Of a stretch of 50,571 nt of DNA, positions 17,411 to 24,884 are shown piece by piece. The stretch lies in the NCBI GenBank assembly GCA_041179425.1, contig JBEGTL010000002.1:1-50571 (forward strand), written 5' to 3'. The notes beneath the pieces are model-generated. The model was given only the letters and a program-made list of their open reading frames with translations, did no database searches and had not been told where the DNA came from. The translations under genes were made by a program, and so were the position numbers. This stretch comes from Pseudomonadota bacterium (lineage in GTDB: Bacteria > Myxococcota_A > Polyangia > Polyangiales > DASUME01). How positions within the stretch are numbered: position 1 is the stretch's first letter; every line of letters starts with the position of its first letter.

Positions 17411-18058
17411 GTGGCCTACCCAACTTGGAAAGCTAAGAAGGCCGCCCTCAAGCTGGCCATCACCACCGCCCTCAAGCTCGGCAAGGTGCGCACCAAGAAG
17501 CTAGCCAACGGCACCTTCCTGCCGGCGAACGAGGTGGCCTGGGAGAACGAGCGCTCCGCCAGCCGGGCGAACGGGCACGTCTGGGTGGACCTCCGCCTGG
17601 GCAGCGTCGTCGCGGCCGCGCAGGACGAGACGCGGTACGAGTACGAGGAGAGCACCGACCGGCTGCTTGCGACCTACGGAGGCGCGCGGCGCTTCACCGT
17701 CATGGTCATCATCGCCACGGACGACCAAGAGGACGCCGAGGCTGTGGGCGAGCTCGCAGGCCGACTCAGGACGCGCATCGTACGCCCCGATATCCTGGAG
17801 CCGCTGCTGGCGGTCAACGTGGGCTTCGTCGAGGTGGCTGCAGCCCTGAACGCCGACTACGCGGAGGACGGCCGCATGGTCTCCGCTGCGATGCTGGAGC
17901 TCCGCTGGGAGACCACCGAAGCCGATGAGCCCGACGAGGACTCCTCCGGCGACTGGGTCAAGCTGGTCGATATGGAGGGCGATTTCTACGTGGAGCTGCC
18001 CACCGGGCAGGCAACGGTAGACGTGGTGGTCGACGTGAGCGGAGTGGTAGTGCCATGA
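17411..18058 (+). CDS. Hypothetical structural protein
   Basis: GTG 17411 lies 5 nt after TATCCT; alternative GTG 17396. In frame with track ORF 17291-18058. Confidence 0.5.
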   Translation: MAYPTWKAKKAALKLAITTALKLGKVRTKKLANGTFLPANEVAWENERSASRANGHVWVDLRLGSVVAAAQDETRYEYEESTDRLLATYGGARRFTVMVIIATDDQEDAEAVGELAGRLRTRIVRPDILEPLLAVNVGFVEVAAALNADYAEDGRMVSAAMLELRWETTEADEPDEDSSGDWVKLVDMEGDFYVELPTGQATVDVVVDVSGVVVP

Positions 18059-18609
18059 GCTTCGTCGTAGGCGCGCGTATCCATCACGGCTCGCTCCGCC
18101 CCGGCGCCGCGAGCGGCAACCACGTGGTCCAGCGCTGGGAGGGGCTGCGCTCAGCGCGCGAAGCGCTGGTGAGCGCCGACTACGGCGGCATCTGGTACGA
18201 GACCGACACGAAGCTGTTCTACATCCTGGGCGCGGGCGGCTGGAGCCAGCTGGGCGGCTTCGAGGCTGACGTAGGAGTCGCGGCCGTCGCGCTGGGCGGC
18301 CACCGCCTGGTCTGCCGCACGGAAGGCTCCACGCTGGCGTACGCTAGCGCCGACGACGTGTTCTCCGCGCTCGCGCTGCTTGGGCTCACCACTGGTGCGT
18401 CCGCCGCTGGCGCCACCGTTGCGGTAGTTGAGTCGGGGGTGGTGACCGAGCCATCGTGGTCATGGACCCCCCGCGAGCCCGTGCTACTGGGGCTGAATGG
18501 AATACCAGTACAAACGTTGCCAGCGGGCGCATCGGTATGCCTTAGGGTAGGAATCGCCCTGAGTGAGACATCTTTCATGGTAAGGTTTGGGCACCCCATC
18601 CTTCTCTGA
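18055..18609 (+). CDS. Hypothetical structural protein
   Basis: ATGA overlap with the upstream gene; 184 aa. Confidence 0.5.
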   Translation: MSFVVGARIHHGSLRPGAASGNHVVQRWEGLRSAREALVSADYGGIWYETDTKLFYILGAGGWSQLGGFEADVGVAAVALGGHRLVCRTEGSTLAYASADDVFSALALLGLTTGASAAGATVAVVESGVVTEPSWSWTPREPVLLGLNGIPVQTLPAGASVCLRVGIALSETSFMVRFGHPILL

Positions 18610-18623
18610 ACGGAGCTGTTTAC

Positions 18624-19211
18624 ATGGCTAAATACATCGTCAACTCCAACGGTATCCTTGCGGAGGCGACCAGCGTTGGCACCTCCGCGGGTGCTGGAGA
18701 TTCGACCAAGATTCCTCACCTGAACGGGTCCGGCATTCTGGACCCCACCATCGTGAACTCCACGCCCTCGTCCGCTGGCGCGGGCAGCGCGGGCAAGCTG
18801 CCGGCGCTTGACTCGAGTGGCAAGCTGGACAGCTCCTTCCTGCCCGTAGGTATCGGCGCCGACACGCAGTCCATCACGGCCTCCGAGGCGCTTGCCGCTG
18901 GCGACTTCGTCAACGTGTGGAGCTCGACCGGCGCCAAGGCGCGCAAGGCAGACGCGACCACCGCCGGCAAGCACGCGATGGGCTTCGTGCTCTCGGCCGT
19001 CGCGAACGGCGCGCAGGCGACCGTATACTTCGAGGGCACCAACACGCAGGTCAGCGGGCAGACCCCGGGCGACGTGTTCCTGTCCACCACGCCGGGCCAG
19101 GCGACCACCACCTGCCCGAGTGCCACTGGCAACATCGCGCAGCCCGTCGGCATCGCGACCAGCGCCACCACCGTCAACTTCCAGTACAACCGCCCCATCA
19201 CGCTGCTGTAA
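18624..19211 (+). CDS. Hypothetical structural protein with a duplicated fibre-like motif
   Basis: KIPHLNGSGILDPTIV and KLPALDSSGKLDSSFLP repeats. The C-terminal part is decoration-like. Confidence 0.5.
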   Translation: MAKYIVNSNGILAEATSVGTSAGAGDSTKIPHLNGSGILDPTIVNSTPSSAGAGSAGKLPALDSSGKLDSSFLPVGIGADTQSITASEALAAGDFVNVWSSTGAKARKADATTAGKHAMGFVLSAVANGAQATVYFEGTNTQVSGQTPGDVFLSTTPGQATTTCPSATGNIAQPVGIATSATTVNFQYNRPITLL

Positions 19212-19215
19212 GGCC

Positions 19216-19698
19216 ATGCGCAAGGTGCTCAGTCAGGCGGGTGGCTCCCAGTCCGAGGTGCTGGTTGAGGAGAACTACCAGTCGGTGTTGGCGGCCAACG
19301 TGTTCTCTACGAGCACCGCCTTCGCTACCACCGGGCTCACGCTGCCTGGCGCAGCGCTTGCCAAGTACAGCTTCCTGGCCTACGTGCCGTTCTCGTCAGC
19401 GGCGGTGGGCACCGGCCTGAAACTGCAGCTGTCCTTGCCCAGCTTCGTGACCATGGCTGCGCGGTTCGAGATTCCCATCACCGCCTCCACCGCTGTGGTC
19501 GCGTACGTGGGAGCTGCCCCCGCCAACGCTACGGGCACGGCCGTCGCGGTCGCCGGCACGAAGTACCTGGCCAAGGTGGAAGGCATCATCGACGTGTCCG
19601 TGGCGGGCACGTTCGACCTGCAGTTCGCCTCCGAGGTCGCGGCCAGCCAGGTGACGGTGTACGCGGGCGCCTGCCTGACGCTGACCAGGCTGGCGTAA
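19216..19698 (+). CDS. Hypothetical structural protein
   Basis: ATG 19216 lies within track ORF 18892-19698. Coding-like from MRKVLSQ onward. Confidence 0.5.
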   Translation: MRKVLSQAGGSQSEVLVEENYQSVLAANVFSTSTAFATTGLTLPGAALAKYSFLAYVPFSSAAVGTGLKLQLSLPSFVTMAARFEIPITASTAVVAYVGAAPANATGTAVAVAGTKYLAKVEGIIDVSVAGTFDLQFASEVAASQVTVYAGACLTLTRLA

Positions 19699-19721
19699 CG
19701 TAAGGCGGGTCACCACTATGC

Positions 19722-19727
19722 TACGCT
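19722..19727 (+). promoter_or_regulatory. -10-like TGCTACGCT upstream of the sheath gene (34-nt leader with hairpin GGGTAG/CTACCC)
   Basis: Same motif family. Lies in the intergenic region 19699-19761. Confidence 0.4.
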
Positions 19728-19761
19728 CAGGGTAGTTCCCCCCTACCCGAGGCTCACCATC

Positions 19762-21117
19762 GTGGCAGACGACATCAACAGCATCGTAGCGGTCGCCATT
19801 ACGGCGAACTCGAAGACGCCCTCCCAGGTTGGCTTCGGGACCCCCCTCATCCTTACCTATCACTCCGTGTTCGCTGACAACTACCGTGTTTACAGCGACG
19901 TCGCTGGCATGGTGAGCGACGGCTTCACGAGCTCGCACGAGGCGTACCGCAAGGCAGCGGCCGCGTTCGCGCAGAATCCCGCACCCGAGCAGGTTGTGGT
20001 CGGCCGCCTGACGTCGGCGCCCAGCTTCGTGACGCAGGTCAAGGTGACCTCCGCGGTCGAGGCCCAGCACATCAAGTTCAAGGTCATCGAGCCCGTCGCG
20101 GGCACCATCCAGCAAATCGACCGCACCATCCCCGCGGCGAGTTCGACCACGGCAGAAGCGACCGCCATAGAGATTCTCGTCGAGGCGTTTGCCGGCGTCG
20201 ACAGCTCGTCCTCTACCGACACCATCAGCATCACGCCCACCGTCGCTGGCCGCAAGGTCCACGTCTACGACTGCGTGAACTGCGCGGTCAAGGAAACCAC
20301 GGCGGACGCGAACTACTCCACCGTGCTCGACTCGCTCTCGACCGAGTACAACGATTGGTACTTCATCTCGCTCGACTCCGCCTCCCCCGCGAACGCCGCC
20401 GACGTGGCAGCGTGGGTGCTCGCGAACAAGAATGTGAACCCGAAGTTCTACTTCGTCGCCACCTCCGACACCGACCTACTCGCCGGCACGGCCACCTCGG
20501 GCACGTTCGGTGAGTTCGCAACGGCTGCGGAGTCCACCTCGAACGACCACGTGGTCTCGCTGTACGTGCCGAACTCGCAAGAGGGCGCGGACATCGCATG
20601 GGCATCGGTCATCGGCGTGCAGACCCCGGGCTCTATCACGGCAGCCCTCAAGACGCTCGTTGGCGTCACGCCGGGCTCGCTCACGACCACGCAGCGCACC
20701 AACCTCGAAGCCATCAACGTCAACCACTACCAGACCGTGCGCGGCCTGAATGTGACGCGTCAGGGCAAAGTCGGCAGCGGCGAGTGGATTGATGTGGTCC
20801 ACGGCATCGACGCGCTCAAGAGCGACCTCCAGGGCGCAGTGTTCGGGCTCCTCGCGGGCTCGGGCAAGGTGCCGTTCACGCCCGCCGGCCTGAACATCAT
20901 CGAGGCGACCATCAAGGGAGTGCTCAAGCGGTACGAGGGCTCGGACGACCAGCCCGGCCTCATCGCACCCAAGAGCTCGCGCGTGGTGATGCCGAAGTTC
21001 AGCACCATCACCACCACCGACAAGGCCAACCGCGAGCTCCGCAACGTTCGGTTCTCGGGCATCCTGGCGGGAGCGATTCAGTTCGTCTCGCTGCTCGGGA
21101 CGCTCACCAACGCCTGA
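19762..21117 (+). CDS. Tail sheath protein (DUF3383-like)
   Basis: 451 aa. N-terminus INSIVAVAITANSKTPSQVGFGTPLILT. A tube gene follows, after an inserted cassette. Confidence 0.75.
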   Translation: MADDINSIVAVAITANSKTPSQVGFGTPLILTYHSVFADNYRVYSDVAGMVSDGFTSSHEAYRKAAAAFAQNPAPEQVVVGRLTSAPSFVTQVKVTSAVEAQHIKFKVIEPVAGTIQQIDRTIPAASSTTAEATAIEILVEAFAGVDSSSSTDTISITPTVAGRKVHVYDCVNCAVKETTADANYSTVLDSLSTEYNDWYFISLDSASPANAADVAAWVLANKNVNPKFYFVATSDTDLLAGTATSGTFGEFATAAESTSNDHVVSLYVPNSQEGADIAWASVIGVQTPGSITAALKTLVGVTPGSLTTTQRTNLEAINVNHYQTVRGLNVTRQGKVGSGEWIDVVHGIDALKSDLQGAVFGLLAGSGKVPFTPAGLNIIEATIKGVLKRYEGSDDQPGLIAPKSSRVVMPKFSTITTTDKANRELRNVRFSGILAGAIQFVSLLGTLTNA

Positions 21118-21536
21118 AGATTGCTGGCGTAAGTAGCGCGCATCGCGCGCACGCCCCGCGCGCTCACACCCAGCTGCCTGGCCGTCTCTGTGGCGGTCAG
21201 GCCGTTGTGCTTGGCCCACTCGCGCTGCTCTGGCGTGAGCACGTACGCCTTCTTCGGTGCGCCGCCGCGCTTGGCGATGGCCGCCTGCCGCGAGCGCTCG
21301 CGCGCCTTCTCCGCGCGCCTGCGTTTTTTCTCGTCCCGTGCGAGTTCGACCTCGGGCGACTTCGGCCTACCAATGGTAGGTACGACGCCGTTGCGGCCGA
21401 ACACTCGGTGTTCGCTCGAGACCTGAGCCATGCGCGACTTGCGCAGCTCGTACGCCGCCAGCGCGACGTCGAACACGTTGCGCGCGTGCTCGTCGAACAC
21501 ACTTCCCACGTCTTCCCGCAAGTTTGCCCAGCTCAT
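21078..21536 (-). CDS. Reverse-strand HTH DNA-binding protein
   Basis: Good GC3. LTATETARQLGVSARGVRAMR is an HTH; basic KKRRRAEKARERSR stretch. The 3' end overlaps the sheath gene by 40 nt. Confidence 0.6.
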   Translation of the reverse strand: MSWANLREDVGSVFDEHARNVFDVALAAYELRKSRMAQVSSEHRVFGRNGVVPTIGRPKSPEVELARDEKKRRRAEKARERSRQAAIAKRGGAPKKAYVLTPEQREWAKHNGLTATETARQLGVSARGVRAMRATYASNLQALVSVPSSETN

Positions 21537-21571
21537 ACCCAGATGGTCGCCCAGCGCGCGCTACGCTGTCA

Positions 21572-21814
21572 ATGATGAACCGCCAGTCGCTACCCACGCG
21601 CATCCAGTACCGAGACGCCACCACGGGTGAGCTGGCCGTGACCGAGGTCTTCTACGGCGAGCACGAGGCTGAGGTGCAGGAAGCGCTCCTGAGGAATGCG
21701 GGGCACACCGACCTCATCCGCTACCGGGACATGGGCCAGTACCATCAGGGCTGTCACGGCTGGGGCAACCCGTACACCGGAATGCCGGCAGGCGTAGTGC
21801 GCCGTTCAATCTGA
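21572..21814 (+). CDS. Small hypothetical protein
   Basis: ATG 21572/21575 lies after TACGCT (21562-21567). Divergent from 21078-21536. Confidence 0.45.
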   Translation: MMNRQSLPTRIQYRDATTGELAVTEVFYGEHEAEVQEALLRNAGHTDLIRYRDMGQYHQGCHGWGNPYTGMPAGVVRRSI

Positions 21815-21856
21815 CCCGCGTGCTAGGCTTCCGTAAGGCATCTCACCGAGGTACTC

Positions 21857-22318
21857 ATGGCGACCCCGCGTTTCACTACCTATTCGTTCAAGCAATACAC
21901 GATTGCGTTCGGTCCCATCATCATGGACGGCTACCAGGCCGGCGAAGGATGCACGGTCGAGCACAATGCTGACGCGTACACGATGGAAGTTGGCATCGAC
22001 GGCAAGGCAGTCCGTTCGCAGGTGCTCAACCGCTCCGCGCGCATCACCATCAACCTGAGCCAGACCTCGGCGTGCAACGACCTGTTGAGCGCCATCTATC
22101 TGCTCGGCGTGACCGGCCAGGACGCGAACGGCGTGCCGGTCGGCCCCGGTGCGGACGTGATGCCCTTCATCATTCGCGACAACAACGGCCGGTCCGTGTT
22201 CACCGCGGCCGAGAGCTGGATTGCCCGCGCGCCAGACCTCTCGCTCGACCAGCCGTCCACGAATCGTGCTTGGGTGTTCGACGTCGCCTTCCTCGACGAG
22301 TTCCACGGCGGCAACTAA
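21857..22318 (+). CDS. Tail tube protein (DUF3277-like)
   Basis: 153 aa, position after the sheath gene. GTGCTAGGCT at 21820-21829 lies upstream. Confidence 0.65.
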   Translation: MATPRFTTYSFKQYTIAFGPIIMDGYQAGEGCTVEHNADAYTMEVGIDGKAVRSQVLNRSARITINLSQTSACNDLLSAIYLLGVTGQDANGVPVGPGADVMPFIIRDNNGRSVFTAAESWIARAPDLSLDQPSTNRAWVFDVAFLDEFHGGN

Positions 22319-22319
22319 C

Positions 22320-22847
22320 ATGCGCGCGCTGCTCGCGTTGCTGTTCGCTCTGTTCGTCGGCTGCGCGAGCCCGAGCATGGAGCGACCTGACGAGATGGGC
22401 GAGAGCGCCCACTGGTGCGCAGAGGAGCGCCCTGCGCACGTCATCGTGTCGGACGCCATGCCGGACGAGTGCGTGCTTGGACTCGAGGCTGCGCTGGCCT
22501 TCTGGGCGCACGATGGCCACGTCGGCTACGTGACGTTCGCGGTGGTGCCCGACGTGAGCCTGACGCCGGGACACCCGAACCCTCTCTTCATCCAGGTGGT
22601 GACCACGCCGCCCGAGGACCCTGGCGCCAGCGGCGACACGCGCGTGCACCGCATCACCGCCGACTGCATCGACTCGGCAGAGGTTCGGCTCGACCCGTAC
22701 TACTGCAGCAAGGGCAACACCGAGGCGCACGAGCTCGGGCACGCCCTGGGGTTGTCGCACGTTGACAGCCAGAGCAACCTGATGTGGCCCGCCAGCTACC
22801 CCGGCAAGTTCGGACTCACGCCCGCGCAGCTGGCTCAGGTCAAGTAG
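22320..22847 (+). CDS. Lipoprotein zinc metalloprotease, matrixin (M10)-like
   Basis: MRALLALLFALFVGC is a signal peptide with a lipobox-like end. AHELGHALGLSHVDSQSNLMWP gives HExxHxxGxxH plus a Met-turn. Confidence 0.7.
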   Translation: MRALLALLFALFVGCASPSMERPDEMGESAHWCAEERPAHVIVSDAMPDECVLGLEAALAFWAHDGHVGYVTFAVVPDVSLTPGHPNPLFIQVVTTPPEDPGASGDTRVHRITADCIDSAEVRLDPYYCSKGNTEAHELGHALGLSHVDSQSNLMWPASYPGKFGLTPAQLAQVK

Positions 22848-23056
22848 CCGCGTCGCGGGTACCCTTCGGGCAGCTTGGTGGCCTGGACCTCCTTCTCCCA
22901 CTCGGTCGCCTTCGCGTACTTCAGGCTGTTGAGCGCGAGCACCGCGGCGTCGCGAGCGCAGTCGGCGGCGACCTCGGGGTGGTTGCGCTCGCGGATGCGC
23001 TGGACGAACTCGGTGGCGTACACGGACGCCCACAGGAGCTGCTCGGGAGTGTTCAT
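22835..23056 (-). CDS. Small reverse-strand hypothetical protein (73 aa)
   Basis: Good GC3. TAGCAT lies 6 nt upstream of the ATG on the minus strand. Confidence 0.55.
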   Translation of the reverse strand: MNTPEQLLWASVYATEFVQRIRERNHPEVAADCARDAAVLALNSLKYAKATEWEKEVQATKLPEGYPRRGYLT

Positions 23057-23062
23057 CCCCCG

Positions 23063-23072
23063 ATGCTACGCT
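23063..23072. promoter_or_regulatory. Overlapping divergent -10-like hexamers in a 22-bp intergenic region
   Basis: ATGCTACGCT: TACGCT (23067-23072) lies 6 nt before ATG 23079. On the minus strand TAGCAT (23068-23063) lies 6 nt before ATG 23056. Confidence 0.45.
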
Positions 23073-23078
23073 CACCAG

Positions 23079-23765
23079 ATGTCCTCTGTCCATGCTCTTT
23101 GTGTCCACGGTGTCGGCGACAAGACGCCCAGTAACTTCGCAGACAAAGCCATGAAGTGGCTGTCGGGTGCGCTCTCCGCGCGCGGCGTCACCCTGTACGC
23201 CAACTCCGTGCACTGGGGCCCGCTGCTCGACCGCCACCAGGAGAAGATGGAACGCGCGGTCGCGCGCGAAGGCAGCTCGAACCGCATGCTGCAGCGCGCG
23301 GGTATGAGCGTGGGCGGCGACGCCCTGAGCTACCGCTACTCCCAAGACGCCATCAACTTGCTGTTCGACTACGAGTACAGCAGCCTGCGCGCGGACGACG
23401 TCATCATCTTCTCGCACTCTCTCGGATGCGTGCTCGCCACCGACTGGATGCGCTCGCGGCGCCTGGCGCGGGTCTCCCAGCTCGTCACGCTCGGGTGCAA
23501 CCTGGAGGCCTTCAACCAGAACAACGAGGCGCAGTGGGCCGCCGAGTGCCCGTGGCAGGTGCGCGGGCCGCGCACGTGGACCAACTGCTTCGACGCCCAG
23601 GACATGCTCGGGTGGCCGGTGCGGCACTGGCTGCCGTGGGTTCGCGACGTCGAGGTGGACGTCGGCGGGCTGCTCACCCGGTGGTGGGGCGTCAGTCACA
23701 TGGGTTATTGGACTGACCGCACCCTTTGGCGCGAGACCGTTCCACGCCTCATCCTTGGCGCGTAG
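23079..23765 (+). CDS. Alpha/beta-hydrolase (esterase/lipase-like)
   Basis: N-terminal VHGVGD. Nucleophile-elbow-like FSHSLGC. 228 aa, starting within track ORF 22875-23765. Confidence 0.55.
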   Translation: MSSVHALCVHGVGDKTPSNFADKAMKWLSGALSARGVTLYANSVHWGPLLDRHQEKMERAVAREGSSNRMLQRAGMSVGGDALSYRYSQDAINLLFDYEYSSLRADDVIIFSHSLGCVLATDWMRSRRLARVSQLVTLGCNLEAFNQNNEAQWAAECPWQVRGPRTWTNCFDAQDMLGWPVRHWLPWVRDVEVDVGGLLTRWWGVSHMGYWTDRTLWRETVPRLILGA

Positions 23766-24171
23766 AGGCCAAATACTTCTCGTACGGCTCTAGACGCAAA
23801 CCCGCGGGCCTCTGACGCCTCTCGTACATACCGAGGGTGATGTTGCAGATGTTGCACAAGAAACCACGCACCAGTCCCGACCCGTGGTCATGGTCCAAGT
23901 GCTCCTGCTTGGTGTTAGGGACCAGCGACGCCGGGCAGATGGCGCAGCGGCCGTGCTGCAGCTCCCGCAGCTTATCGGCCATCTCTGGCGTGCAACCCAT
24001 GCGCGTACGTCGGCGCTCGGTCGTTTGCAGGCGGTTGCGCTCCCTTTGCTCCGGCGTTTTCCTCTGCCTGGTGGCGTCGTAAGTCTTCATGTAGTCGCGA
24101 TAGTAGTGTTTTTTGCACAGACGTTTGGCCGCGATATCGGTACGGTCACAGCCGGGGGCTTGGCACTGCAT
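23749..24171 (-). CDS. Recombination endonuclease VII family protein (second copy, reverse strand)
   Basis: CAICPA...DHDHGSGLVRGFLCNICNITLG. Start chosen at MQCQAPGC; the ORF is open to 24237. Confidence 0.75.
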   Translation of the reverse strand: MQCQAPGCDRTDIAAKRLCKKHYYRDYMKTYDATRQRKTPEQRERNRLQTTERRRTRMGCTPEMADKLRELQHGRCAICPASLVPNTKQEHLDHDHGSGLVRGFLCNICNITLGMYERRQRPAGLRLEPYEKYLASTRQG

Positions 24172-24227
24172 GATTCCAATACTGGAGCCGCCTGGCGCCG
24201 CAGTCAAGCTCGAAGCATCCTTGGTGC

Positions 24228-24671
24228 ATGAGCGCACTATTGTCCACCACTCCGGTCGAAATCAACGGCCGCACCTACCAGATTCGCCCACTCGCGTTCG
24301 CGGACGCCCGCCAGGTCTACGCCAAGATGCAGCGCTTGCTCGCGCTCCACGGCGACGAGGCGGTCACCGAGTCCAAGTGCGGGCTGTTCCTGTTCGCCGG
24401 CCTCATCGGGGCCATCAACGATGACGACCTCAAGTTCTTCATCGACAAGTTCGGCCCCACCACCGTGTGCGCGCTCGACGCGCAGCGCACGCTCCCGCTG
24501 ACCACGGACGAGCACCGCAGCAACGTGTTCGCCGGCTGCTTCGAGGAATGTCTGGCCTGGCTCGATGCTTGCGTGGACGTCAACTACGCGGGCGTCATGG
24601 CAAAACTCGGCGCCGCCAAGACCGCCCTGGAGGCCAAGGTCGAAGCGGCGAAGGCGAAGCCGAAGTCCTGA
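24228..24671 (+). CDS. Tail assembly chaperone (G-like)
   Basis: Position between tube and tape measure. The -1 frame stays open downstream. Confidence 0.6.
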   Translation: MSALLSTTPVEINGRTYQIRPLAFADARQVYAKMQRLLALHGDEAVTESKCGLFLFAGLIGAINDDDLKFFIDKFGPTTVCALDAQRTLPLTTDEHRSNVFAGCFEECLAWLDACVDVNYAGVMAKLGAAKTALEAKVEAAKAKPKS

Positions 24672-24871
24672 GCGACGAGCCCCTTGACCAGGACATCGAC
24701 TGGGAGGTCTACGCCCTGTGCGTGTCCGGCGAGGGCGACTTCCTGCGCGCGCCGCGGGAGGTACTCGAGGAGTGGACCTTTGAGCAGGTTTGGGACGCCC
24801 TGGAAATCAAACGCATTCGGGCCGAGCGACGCCGCGTAGCCGAGGCTGCGGCGAAGGCACGAGCCAGGTGA
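24599..24871 (+). CDS. Probable -1 frameshift extension of the chaperone (GT-like)
   Basis: The frame of track ORF 24467-24871 is -1 relative to 24228-24671. There is no start codon after the G stop, and the frame ends 13 nt before the tape measure gene. The shift site was not identified. Confidence 0.4.
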   Translation, partial: GKTRRRQDRPGGQGRSGEGEAEVLSDEPLDQDIDWEVYALCVSGEGDFLRAPREVLEEWTFEQVWDALEIKRIRAERRRVAEAAAKARAR

Positions 24872-24884
24872 GCTAAGCTGCAAG

